Part shown: one piece after another, positions 13,206 through 25,387 of the stretch
Numbering within the stretch: the stretch's first letter is position 1
Layout of the letters: each line of letters opens with the position of its first letter
Assembly: GCA_965655095.1 (NCBI GenBank)
Contig: OZ296649.1
Coordinates: 90,582,001-90,646,000 of the forward strand
Length of the DNA: 64,000 bases
Direction: 5' to 3'
From: Haplodiscus bocki
Lineage: Eukaryota
Made by a program: the position numbers and the translations under genes
Notes under the pieces: generated by a model
What the model was told of the DNA's origin: nothing
Seen by the model: the letters and a program-made list of their open reading frames with translations, nothing else
Database searches by the model: none

Positions 13206-13730
13206 AACACAAGTCCGGAACGGCTCAAGTCGGTGCTGCCCGGACGGCTCAAAATATCAATGGGAGAATCCTTCTCGAGAAAATTTCGCTTTCTTGACAA
13301 ATTCTTTGGTATAATCGTGTTTTTGTTATCATAGAATAATCTTTTCACATGGCCGAAAATTTCGCAGACCACCTTTGGCTCGATACAAACTGCCTTCGAT
13401 TTTTTTGTTAGTTTTAAAAAAGAAGTCACTCTGAGGGGTTCAGAAAAAATGATAAATTCTAGCTGTAGTGGTTCAATTTTGAAAAACTTTTGCTTGTTGC
13501 CGTTCCGAAATTTCTTGCTGGTATTCGTTACATACGGTAAAAGGTATTTTGTGGTTTTGGTACGTGCCCAAAAAGCTTAGTGGACGAGAGTGGTAAAGCT
13601 ATAAAATTTCGAAAAGAAGAAACGTCGTATATTCAGTGAGCTCTTCGATCTTAAAAAAATGACTACTGCAATAGTCGGACTTTTTATTATTTCGTGAAAG
13701 AAGTAATATTACTGAAGCGCCGACGAAAAA
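13206..13730 (+). mobile_element. HINE/DINE-like non-autonomous element
   Basis: acaagtccggaacggctcaagtcggtgct ... tagtcgg...gaagcgccgacgaaaaa; internal similarity to 23834-24346. Confidence 0.7.
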
Positions 13731-13849
13731 CAAAGTGCAGTCAAGTTGTCTGTGAAAGGCAAATTAGAAAACTGTCAGATGGTAGTATTTCAGTTGGGAC
13801 ATTTACCTGGTTCCAATTGTAGTTCTTGTTGAATATCATAATTCTTTAA

Positions 13850-14790
13850 TGAAAGATTGAAAGGAATTTTGTTCACTATTCAGTACCGACAACTTCACAC
13901 ATAAGCTTCCGTCAGCCTTACTACTTTTTCATGCTCGGCGGTTGCTCATACATCAAAAGTTTTGGCACCCTCAAGTATTACACAAAATTAAGAAAATTTG
14001 GATTATTCCAAGCTCCGTTGTAAAAAAAACGAGCACGCGCAGAGATGAGAATTTAAATGGACGATTTTGGTATGGAACGCTTTTTGCCAAAATTTTCCTA
14101 ATGTAGGTGGTGCAAATGAACAAAAAATACACTTGACAGCCACCATTTGACACACTCCAAGTTGTTACGAGGTACGTGCCGCGCTTAATATGTATCCAGT
14201 GCACGTAGAAGGTTAAATCAAATACTCGGGAATTTTCTTGGAAAATGAACAAAAACATGTCCATCGGTACTCTGAATTGATTTGTGCCACATTAAAGTTG
14301 TAAAGCTGTGATCCGTCGCGTGGAGAACGTTCAAATTTCAGCCAATCAAACAACAGTTCCTTCACTCCTAGAGAGAGGATTAATCTTTCCGCTGCAATCA
14401 GAGGCAACCGTTAAGAGGAATGATCTTCGTACTGGGTTAAACAACAGGTAAACCTCTATGATTGTGTTGGCAAACAATACTACAGGAAGAACTCAGTTTT
14501 GAATTGAAGCACAAAATCGAATGAAAGGACCTTTCTGGATACCCTCTCCGAAGATCTAAATAATGTTGGCACAGCAGAAAATGGATTGAATTTCCGATGG
14601 ATCAAGGTTCATAAATTCATAGAATGAGCCCAGATTAGAAGCGGTACTGTGCACCCAAGTTGTGCACCAGCATGAAACATCGCGCAGAACATTGAAACTT
14701 ATTGAAACTTCAGTGACAGGTAACTTTGCAGTACTCTGACGAGAACTTTGAAAGTATTCTTTCGAAAACGATGACGGCTCTAACAAAGGC
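13850..14790 (-). mobile_element. Possible Gypsy RT/RNase H relic
   Basis: LEPSSFSKE (~LKPSKC), LDPSEIQSI (~DPxKIxAI) and weak RNase H-region remnants. Confidence 0.3.
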
Positions 14791-15375
14791 CTGATACGGG
14801 AAAAAAATTGTGAATTTCAAAACATTTTTTTCTTAAAACGAAAACTAAATGTTTTTTTTTTCGAAGACAATAATAGGTCGGATCGCAACAACCAAGTGCT
14901 CATTCTAAAACCCCCTAAAGAAGAATCTGCTGATTAGCAGGGAAGGCTAGAGATTCCGAATACATGTTCACACTTCAAGTGTGTCACACAAATGAGAGCT
15001 CACTATTCTTAGGTATGATGGGGGTAACATTCTGCGCTGATATAAGGAGTAAGGTAATATCCAGGGATTAAACTCTCGCTCGCACGAATTGAGTTGATAA
15101 AGCGGACAAACAGAATAATCCCCCCTAACTGCTGCTACAGGGGAGATTCTTCCTTAAGTTACTCTAAGCAATCAATACTTGAGAAATCATTATTGGTATC
15201 AGAGCTATTAAACTAAGAGTATCAGTTGCTACCATTCACGCCAGATAAGTATCCCCGAGAGTAGCGAGGGCATGAACACGGATGAGGTATTGTTGCTGAG
15301 GGCACCGGATTCATTGCTGATCAGCTACACATGTCTAATATAGTCTGTGGTGGTGGCTTGTCATTTGATAACTTT

Positions 15376-15388
15376 GGGGGGGGGGGGG
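15376..15388 (+). repeat. Poly-G tract
   Basis: Direct: run of 13 G. Confidence 0.9.
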
Positions 15389-15439
15389 ATTGTTCACTTT
15401 GTCCGATAAAATTCATTTTCATTCTGCTTGGAATATCGC

Positions 15440-16420
15440 TTTCCTTTAGCTGGAAATGCTCAAAAGTCTTGTTTCATTGTCATGTGACCTTGATACAACA
15501 AATCCTTTAAAACCTATAAACTCCAGGCTCTCAATACGCGAAATTGAAACATGCACACACACTAAATCATATTATCGCTGTTTTGAAGCAAATCAATTAG
15601 CAAGTGGCCGAGTTTTCGAGATTATTGGTTATAAAACCCGCGCTCGAAAAATGCATTGTGAAATTTGGTCAATTCTTTTGCGAAAATACATAACTTTTCT
15701 GTTTCAAACTTGTAAAATTCAACCGTACATCTAATCCACTGGTTGCGAAGGCTTACAGCATTATTTCAGCAGCTGGTTGTGATTTCCTTCTTGTTAGTTA
15801 TTGAGAAAATTAAAGGCATTGGAATTTTTTCTATCTGCTGTTGGAATAGTTTTCCAAGTTGATGGATGGGCGGGAAGTGAAAGAAATAAATTGAGCAAGA
15901 CTACGAAATGATATTTATTTCGCGCTTCGCTTTTCCTGCCAGTGACAATTGCTGAAAATGAAGTGCGAACAAAGCCATTAATTGCTGCAAGTAATTTGAC
16001 TGGCTTATCCAAGCAGAGAAATGGGCAGTTACAAGAGGCAGTCATTTGCGATCACTTTCATCTGCCAACTAAAACTCACCCATTTCTTGAAAGAACACAC
16101 AAGTTCGCTGAAAAGCCAATCATCTAACTTTTGGTGCAAAGTTACACGTCAACAAAGGGACGATGTGAACTATGACGTCTTGTGCACTAGTAATTTGTTC
16201 CTCCTATTCACAGTTAACATAACACAATGTTGAAAACACGGCTTTCGCCAAATTTAGAAAGCAAAAGATTGAGCTTGAAGAGCAATTCCAGCAAATCGAA
16301 ACCTTTAAATAAAACTATATTTTAGTACATTACAAGACCGTTCAAGGTAACAGCATAGAAATTTGCCATTGAATAAAAAGCCAGACATCTGTCTACCACC
16401 GGGATATTTTCCATCCTCCA
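15440..16420 (+). pseudogene. Decayed pPolB middle fragment (exonuclease to polymerase region)
   Basis: SNPL..AY, ICDHFHLPTKTHPF and RDDV occur in the same order as the equivalent remnants at 35150-35900 and 27100-27900. Confidence 0.5.
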
Positions 16421-16432
16421 ACTTTGTTAAAA

Positions 16433-17340
16433 CAGAGGCGAAACTCTGCTTCGCAACAATTGCTCCAACGGAATGCTAATGTAAAAAGGATAGTGTACAA
16501 ACAGTATTGAAATTAAAAATTTCATTTCTCAAGCGACAATAGTAGTAAGGAGGGGGTGGGGTGTTAAATGCAATTTTTGACGCCGAAACCGAAGAATTTC
16601 TGAGTCAAAATTTCAAGGTACAAATTCAACCAAAACTGTATTTTGTTGACTAAGTACACAGTAAGTAAACCAACTGTAAAAATTCGTTGACATTGCAAAT
16701 TTTCTACGTAGATTTGACAGTTCTACAAACGTTCACTTGAATAACTTTAACATCTGTGTGCGAGCTATCCATTATATGACACAAGCTTCTACATTGCCAG
16801 CAATCATACAAGTTTTGACAAAAAACCATCTTTTTTTTCAAAAATCCAGATTTTGTACGTTTTGAGAGATCTTCATAATTCAGTCGCACTCTACGGATGA
16901 AAAATTTTCAAACTCGAAACCGGACACTAGCGTGAAGTTGGACATTCTCAATTGGCACAACTTAAAGAAAACGTTCAATTTCGTATTTGATGGGGATGAT
17001 TTTCCTCCCATACTTAAACATGAGCGGGAAAATTATTAAAATTAAGCGAGTCCAAAACCGCAATGGGCAACACTTGAATGGTAATCTTACAATGCCCTAA
17101 ACCCAAGGACATTCTGAAAAGCCGTGGTTTAGCAAACTCACATCAGAAGAGATGATTCTGGCTCTCTGAACTCGGTTTAACATTTGGTGCATAACTGTGG
17201 GCGATTCCCAAGCCATACTGCAAAATGGTTAAAGGGCATAATAACCCTAGGTATTGGCAGGCAGAAAACGAACGGGGAAAGTCTAGAGTGTTCAACGTTC
17301 CAAGTGAGACTTCAACTTTTGCTGATTGAAGCATCCAGAC
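16433..17340 (+). mobile_element. 5' end of pPolB element plus pPolB N-terminus
   Basis: cagaggcgaaac-tct-gcttcgc hairpin; shares ...ccaacggaat.cta and tctcaagcgacaat with the 25096 copy; DEKFS...DTSVK near 16895, AENERGKSRVFN near 17262. Confidence 0.65.
16453..17238 (+). repeat. Left arm of long inverted repeat
   Basis: Reverse complement of 19901-20688 with only scattered substitutions; mirrored ORFs 16704-16889 and 20250-20435 differ at 5 of 61 aa. Confidence 0.97.
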
Positions 17341-17469
17341 AGATTTTTTATGCATAATATCTATAGGCAGCGTTTCAAATGGAGCGGGCATTTCTATGCT
17401 TCCTGATTTATGGTTTCGCGAAGTCAAGTCTTCAATTTTCATTCCTTAAATCGCTATTCAGCAACGAGA

Positions 17470-20250
17470 ACTTCAGGTCTGCTCTTTAGTTTGATGAGCT
17501 TTGATGCGGAAGATTGGAGGTGAGTTCAAAAACAAGCCGAAAAACACATTGAAATTTGAAAATTCAATTGCTGACGGTAACTCTTTCGAAGCATTTCCAT
17601 TATTTTGTTTCAACACATCAACAGTTTCAAGTTTTGAACTTGCATTTGTGGATCTTTTAATAAAATAGAATAATTGATTAGTTTGACGTGAAACTTGAAA
17701 CGATATGGGGAAATGTTTAGAAATCCAAACAGCGCTAATTCTTGTATTCACCCAGATCAAGTGAATGCTATTAGTATCATACATTTGAGTTTCATCCGAT
17801 AATCCAACGATCAAAGTAATACAGCAGCTTGCTTGTGTGTGGCAACAGTAGTCAATACTACTTGCACGCTCCTGAATTTCGAATTCGATTTTTTTTGGGG
17901 ACGCAGGGGCTAAGTTTCCGGAAAACCGCTGTTTGGACTTTGATTGTTCATAACTGCTGGAAAACATTGCTTCCAAGTAATGAAGTTTGTCCGAGTGTCT
18001 CTTTTTTCTTTATTTTTGTTTTGGAAGCTGATTGAAAAACATTTTAGAGAACTCTTCCCTTTTTTAGTGTACTTTGCTGTGAATACACTGTCATGACGAC
18101 AATGAAATTTTTTCGAAAAACTCGAATCTTTGCGAAAGTTTGTAATAGATTTGGATGGGATTCGTACTTTTGTGTTCTTTGATGCAAACATCGTTTTAAA
18201 GTTTATCGTTCGGTGGTTGTATATTTTTGCGAGAACACAATTCTGAACGAGATTTGGCTGAGTAAGACTTTCTTTCTGCTGTTTGAGTTTTTGAGCTCGC
18301 ACTATTTTGTACATCAATTCTTCAGTTGATAACGGATGTCTACAACCACCGTTCTTGATGTCATTTCAATGAGCAAAGGTACTTCCTGAATTATTTAGGA
18401 GTTTGCAGCGAACCTTTAACTGTTCTGCAACTGGTCGTTGGACTGCTGAACATTTGTACCATAAACGTTATTTCCTTGAGGAAACCTGAAACTCATTGTT
18501 GATGTGAGATGGCAATAGAATGACTTTATCAGAAAAACTTGCTTGCAGCTAACGTGAAACCAACTTTGGATTGCTGTCATTGAGCTGTTCAGGCTCGACT
18601 CAGAAAGCAGTACCTTATCTCAGTTATTTTTCGATGTTTGAGCTCAGACATTTTGATGTCAATTGCATGAAATCGCAATTTTTTTCAGAGAGTTCTTCGT
18701 CTTAAGTTGATGCCTAATTTACGTCCAATTGTTTTACCAACGTGGCTTTACGACTTGCCCAAGACTTTATCTGAAATCTTCAGTTGCGCTAGCAGGACCA
18801 GAACGACTTCTGCTTCAAAATGCGTGAGGTGCGGCATTTTGCGGAAAACTTCACGTTTAAAGTAGCGTGAAACTAACGTTGGCGTTTCATAATATGGTTT
18901 TGAGCTCAACCCGAATCGTACTACACACGTTTGTTTTAACTTAACTAGCGCTTTCGATGTGAACTTGCAAAAAAGCATCAATTTCAAGACTTCATTTTCC
19001 CGAGTTGTTGGAATTGTGCCGAACAATTTCCCAATATGGTTTGTGAGCTCATTCAGACCTGTAGGTCAATTGTTTACCTAAGATCAGAGCTCTAGAAGAA
19101 CCTTTTGATGTATATTGGCAGAAGAAAAAAAAACATTTTCAGACACACTTGTGTTTTCCGCAATCCAAGAACAACCTTTCATCTTCCATTGCCTTCAATT
19201 TTTTTTGGCCTTTGCAAACCAAAAATTTAGATCAGTTCAGACGAATAGAAGCACCTTCTTAGTTGGGATTTTGCCAAATCATGGCGTTTTCTGAGCGGTG
19301 TTGGGTTTTATATAATATGAGGCAAACGGTCAATTATTTTCCAGTAAGGTTTTTCTGTTACCGGTACATCTTGTTCGTACTTTTTTAGTTGGAGCTGAAG
19401 GTGTAGAATAACCTTTTTGAGATGAAATATGAAGAGCACGGCCTTTTCAGACACTTTGGGTTTACCGTATAATAGCAGGAATGTTTAATTGCTTCCAAAA
19501 TGCTTCTGGGCTTTCACAAGGCTATCCAACAGTGTAGTACAATTCGGGTGACTGAAGCCACAATTTGTCAGTGAGTTTGGAAGGGAACGGCATTTTTAGA
19601 AAGTGTTCTGATTTTATGTAATGTAATGTCATCAGCTCGGATTTTGATCGTTCTTCAGTTTTTGGACTCGCCCGCAAACATTTAATTAGGTTCGGAGTTG
19701 TGAAAGCAACGTTTTGGTTTGAGTTGATGGGAATTCGGCTTTTTCGAAGTCTTAATTTGAGGCGTTGTGATACTAACGGTTGTTTTTCCAATATGCTTTT
19801 CGACTCACCCACACTTATTAATGAAACGGTTAATTTGGTTGGGTCATTTTAGTTTCAGTTCGGACTTTTCAGAGTTTTTGGGTTTTGAACATTCTCAGAC
19901 TGCCATTTAATTATTTTGCAGTATGGCTTGGGAATCGCCCACAGTTATGCACCAAATGTTAAACCGAGTTCAGAGAGCCAGAATCATCTCTTCTGATCTG
20001 AGTTTGCTAAACCACGGCTTTCCAGAATGTCCTTGGGTTTAAGGCACTGTAAGATTACCATTCAAGTGTTGCCCATTGCGGTTTTGGACTCGCTGAATTT
20101 TAATAACTTTCCCGCTCATATTTAAGTATGGGAGGAAAATCATCCCCATCAAAAACGAAATTGAACGTTTTCTTTACGTTGTGCCAATTGAGAATGTCCA
20201 ACTTCACGCTAGTGTCCGGTTTCGAGTTTGAAAATTTTTCATTCGTAGAG
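17470..20250 (-). pseudogene. Decayed pPolB (N-terminal half, probably two tandem fragments)
   Basis: ORF 19522-19812 ESKSILEKQPLV...FLKMPFPSK; ORF 17910-18317 FSKKFHCRHDSVF; ORF 17473-17976 VWISKHFPISFQVS (compare EELK...IGK in the 36677 ORF). Confidence 0.65.
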
Positions 20251-20688
20251 TGCGACTGAAATATGAAGATCTCTCAAAACGTACGAAATCTGGATTTTTG
20301 AAAAAAAAGATGGTTTTTTCTCAAAACTTGTATGATTGCTGTCAATGTAGAAGCTTGTGTCAAATAATGGATAGCTCGCACACAGATGTTAAAATTATTC
20401 AAGTGAACGTTTGTAGAACTGTCAAATCTACGTAGAAAATTTGCAATGTCAACGAATTTTTACAGTTGGTTTACTTACTGTGTACTTAGTCAACAAAATA
20501 CAGTTTTGGTTGAATTTGTACTTTGAACTCTTTGACTCAGAAATTCTTCGGTTTGGGCGTCAAAAATTGCATTTAACACCCCCACCCCCTCCTTACTACT
20601 ATTGTCGCTTGAGAAATGAAATTTTTAATTTCAATACTGTTTGTACACTATCCTTTTTACATTAGCATTCCGTTGGAGCAATTGTTGC
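19901..20688 (-). repeat. Right arm of long inverted repeat
   Basis: Reverse complement of 16453-17238; lacks the 20-nt terminal hairpin segment present on the left. Confidence 0.97.
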
Positions 20689-20789
20689 ATTCAACCCCCC
20701 TTCTTTACCACTGACAATAACTCATTTGGTTGAGCATGCAAAAACAGGAATGCACGTAAGAATACTTTAATATCAAGCCCGCACAACGG

Positions 20790-21400
20790 AATGAGGTCAC
20801 GTGAGGGAAAGCGTGTGAACATTAGAATCTCGGAAAAAGTTGTTATCGCATCGAAAAAATACAAAGTGACAAAAGCTTGAGATAAAACGCTTGCTTGAGG
20901 AAGAGTAACACAGATGCGATTCGGAGCTTCGCATAGCTGGCAAAATAAAATCCTTCAGTTTTTCGAGAAATCGGAACAGCATTAACAGTCAAAAGCGGAG
21001 AGGTTGTCGAGAAGAATGTGAAATTTTCCAAAACTATCGAAGAGAGTTTAAACCTCACTAATGAACTGAAATTGGCCAGGCTAGGTCTACAAAGTCAACT
21101 GAGAGTTTTATCAAAACTGTGAAAAAAAACAATCTCTTGGAACAAGCGACTTTCGTTAGGTAGGTTCATCTTCAAAAACAAACCAAATATAGAAACCCCT
21201 CGAGACCAGGAGCCTTTCCCTTGGCCAAAAACAGTTGCGTCGAAAGAATGAAGCTAGAAGAACTTCTTCAGAGAAGTGTAGCATGACTTTCAATCCTATC
21301 TGATGCAATTGCAGCCAGAAAGTGGATTTCGAGGGCAAACAAACAAAATTGTAAAAAAATCGATAACTTTGCCAGTTGTAGGCTGACTCTGGAAAACTAA
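20790..21400 (-). pseudogene. Decayed pPolB C-terminal fragment
   Basis: WLQLHQIGL..RRNCF, then GFYFASYAKLRI (pPolB GxFILxYAKLRM motif), then a degenerate DTDS-region remnant (VHTLSL). Confidence 0.6.
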
Positions 21401-21449
21401 GTGAACCCCTTTGACAGAAGAAGTGTTAATTCTGAAAAAACCAACATCT

Positions 21450-23800
21450 TGAATTTGATTTTGCCGGACACGTCAAAGTTGATTGGGAAGTTAAACAAGA
21501 AAGCTCTAGTTCCACCGACTGAAAAACCTTTTTTGAAAAAACGATTTTAGGAAAAATACGGATAACTCCCCATGTCCCCTAATATGGGTTTCAAGTGCAC
21601 TAGCAGCAAAAAAAGTCGACTTAGAAAACAAAAGCTCGAAAATTCCGCGTGAATGGAAAAAAAATATTTGTCGTTTACTTCAAACAACCGAAAAAGCTCG
21701 ATAACAAATTATTTAGAAGCTTCTTTAAATAACTAGCATTTCCCGTCCTCTATCGTATTAAAAAGGCCCACAAGCAAAACATGATATGGCAAGTAAAAGC
21801 ACGTAATTTCCGGTAAAATAACTAAAAAAAGCATTCATGGCCTGCTTTTAAACCCTAAAAATGGAATTTTCCGAAAAAAATTTTCGATAATTCTTTGAGA
21901 CTTAATGTTTTGTAAGGTTTGAACCTTGAAGCATAAGTCCTGAGACGAAGAGCAAAAGTTTCCAACGAATTAGCAAGTTATTGCGGAATCAAAACACGAA
22001 AAAATGCAAATTCTTACAGATTCTCCAAGACTATATGTTGGAAGTATCTTAGTCAAATTCGGCGCAAAGAAGTCGGCTTGATAGGAAAAACACTGACGAA
22101 GAAAGCAAAAAGTTATAAAGGGAACACTTTCAGCTCAATTTCGAAAATAAAATAGGAGAGAATTCTTGCCAACAGTATGAAATCTCGGTAAAAACAGTTG
22201 AATCGAAGTCAGAAGTTTTCAACTAGGAATGAACCTGAAAAAATCTTTCGAGCAGGAAACAGATTTGTCCTAGTTAAGAAACTACTCTTTCCGAAAATTA
22301 ATAAAACTCGAAGAACAGCCGCCCAAAGCAGAATAATTTCCGAAAACTTTTGAAATAACCAGAGGGGGACCCCTTAACAGCTGAAAACCATGCTTCCACG
22401 AAAGGGAAAAGAACGTCAAACTTTGAGCGACTAAGTCTGTTGTCAAAACTGCAAGCTTCTGACGGAAACATCGATGAGAAGTTAATACGGTCGTTATAGA
22501 AAAATTTTCCAGAATGTATGTACATCTACAATTACGTTTTCTCGCATTTCGCTAAAAAAAATCAAAAGTACCACAGACAAATTTTACTACAGTAAATCTG
22601 AATATGCTCAAAAGTCGATCGAGGGTTCTAAACCCAAAACTGAAGGAACCGCTACCGAAAATGCTAGTTTCCAAATCGATCTAGATCTAAAATAGTTGTT
22701 TCCATAAAGAAGTTAGGCTTTGATGAAAAAGTTTCAAATTCCAAAAAAATTCGCATAAAAGATTAGGTTTTTGATGCAAAAGATCTATTAAAATATGGCA
22801 AACGGTTATATATTGTCATTTAAGACCAGGCTTCTGCACAATTGTATCTAAGATGCAAAATTAGAAGGTACAAGACCACAAACTCCTAAATACAAATTTC
22901 TCATTTACTCTGAACCACCGAAAAACGAAAAAAAATCCGGTAAAAAGTGCCGCCATCTCTTAGATTTGTCTTTCTGTATTACTAGTTTGATAAAATGCCC
23001 CAGAAGTCAACACTAAGAGCGATATATCTGAAAAAATTGCGAAATCAGCTATTTCTGAAATAATTCGAAAGACGAAAAACGCAAATTCTTGAAAAAAGGT
23101 TCAAAATTCAAAACTTCCCGAAATGCAACGTTTCAAAATTGTTCACTATTGGTTCTTAAATAGTTCGCAAGTTTACAATGAAAAGGCTCAAAAATATAAG
23201 GACTTTGCAGTTTTTTACGCAGAAAGCGAAAACTACCGACAAACCCGACTTTTTTCCGCAAAAAGCTAATACCTTCGGAAGTTATACGTTGTTATAAATT
23301 CACTGCAATTCGGCGCAAAAAAGGCTGTTTGGTTTTTATTTTGAGCGGAAAGTAGCAAAAAATCGGAATTGCAAATTTAGCGATTTTTGATTAATTTTTG
23401 AACAGGGAATCTGACAAAAAAATGCAAGAGCACCGTGTTTTACGACTCAAGACACATTTCGAGTCAGAACAGTTTTAGTTGTCTCGAAAGAAAGACCCAA
23501 GTAGTCCCCATATTGTCTTTCTCATTCGGCTCCGACATTCAGAAACCCGATGTCGATATTATGGTCGCTAGAAAAAAAATTACAATTTTATCCGCATTTG
23601 CCTTTCTTTCAAATTCCTTGAAAAAATGTTTTTTTTTCATGAAAATCAAACTTGTCACTGACCCTACTTTCGTACGTTTTCAACAAACACTGATATTTCA
23701 GCGCATTCTATGGCGAATTTCCTAAATTTGGTCATTAAAAATTCGAAATCATCTCACTCAATTTGCAAATAAAAGTTAAAAAACGCACGCGCCTAGATGA
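21450..23800. repeat. A-rich degenerate repetitive region
   Basis: No ORF signal; recurrent motifs such as aattcggcgcaaa near 22057 and 23308; period not resolved by eye. Confidence 0.35.
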
Positions 23801-23833
23801 CGTTTCTTCCATATTTTAAAAACGGCGGAAAAA

Positions 23834-24346
23834 AAACAAGCCGGGTATGGATCAAGTCAGCGCTGACTGTATGGCTCAAAATATTTAGCTGACAACTCTA
23901 ATTTCTGGAAAACTTTCACTTTCCTGACGAAGAGTTTGGTATAACGCGTTTTCTTAAAATTATCGGCTCAAATGCCGGATAAATTCGCGGGAAGACTGGT
24001 ACGATATTAACTGTTCTCGAAAAACTTTTGTTACATTTTTTTCGAAAAACGATTGTTCTAAAGGGGCATCGGGAAAAATTGGACTAACTGTGGTGGTGGT
24101 GGTGGTGGATTTCTGTAAATTTTTGGTTCTTGCAGTTCCGAAATTTTTTGCGGGTATACTATTGTATTCAATAGTGTTCTCTGGTTTCTGTTCCGTGTCC
24201 AAAACGCTCACTAGACGAGGGTGGTAAAGCAATGAAATTTCTTTAGAGTAGAAACGTCGTATACGGGTTGCGATTTTAGAGCTTAAAAAAGTAAGTACTG
24301 TAACAGTCGGGCCATTTAGTAATATTATTGAAGCACGCACTAAAAA
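23834..24346 (+). mobile_element. HINE/DINE-like non-autonomous element with internal (GGT)n
   Basis: aacaagccgggtatggatcaagtcagcgctgact ... cagtcgggc...gaagcacgcactaaaaa. Confidence 0.7.
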
Positions 24347-25387
24347 TGTCCAAAATTCAAGAAAGTGACCTCGCTTGTAACATTAAATTTCAGGCATTGA
24401 TATACAGACTCTCAATTTACTGCCAATTCTCAAAATCGCTTTAAATGGACTGGTATCGATTTGGTACCACTTTAATTATTGCCAAATTCGCATTATCGCC
24501 TCCACCACAATATATCTAACTATTATTGGCAAAAACGTTCGATTATCCACCCATAAAGATGTGACAGAACATTCTAGTGAAAGAAAATGCTGAACTCGCT
24601 TGAAATGAATCCTATATTTGAAAAAAAGATAGTGAACCGTGTCTCGGTTTTTGAAAACTATGAAAAAAAAACTAAGAAAAAATCGACGTCCTTGTCGAAA
24701 GATCGAAGCCAGCCAGAGTAAATATCGAGGCAATGAGAAGCGAGTGAATACAAGTCAGCGATGGTTCCGATTATGGCATCATGATGATCATGCCGAATGA
24801 AGAAAGCGATTGAGTTCATCAAGTCTTCCGCTACATTCACTCACCTGCTTTATTCATTCAGCGTGATAATAGTGACTTCAAAGGCAAAAAACGTGAAGGT
24901 GTCTTAAAAATGGCCTGAACCAATTGAAAATTTAATCTGCCTATCTGGCAGAAGGGTTCGCTAGTTATATAAAATGGATGAATCGGCAACCAAAGGTTAC
25001 TTCATAATTTTTCATGCATCAGAAGCAGTTTTGAGATTTCGCTGTTTCCTGAATGCTAATTTCATCTCTATCGTTTCTGGTCAGTAATTATTACACAGAG
25101 GCGAAGCTGTGCTTCCCAAAACTTGCGCCAACGGAATACTAGTGAACAAATCGACTTAATATAACTGATTTTTGAAGGAGCCACGATACTAATGATAATA
25201 AGTGTACAGAGACTCAGTTAATTCTTGCATATCGTTATACAAGTAAAAGTTATATTTAATTCGCTGTGAGAAAATACTGATCTCAAGCGACAATGGCACA
25301 GCCAGTAGAACATGCAAATCTGACGCTATGGGTCCCAGGAGCGAGCCTAGGATGCTCCTCCTCTCTTTGGTCAATAAGTAGAAAGTT

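Noticed and set aside
16453-20688. Intact Polinton or foldback transposon with 786-bp TIRs
   Set aside because: No TSD, the left arm continues outward into the family terminus, and the arms include pPolB coding remnants
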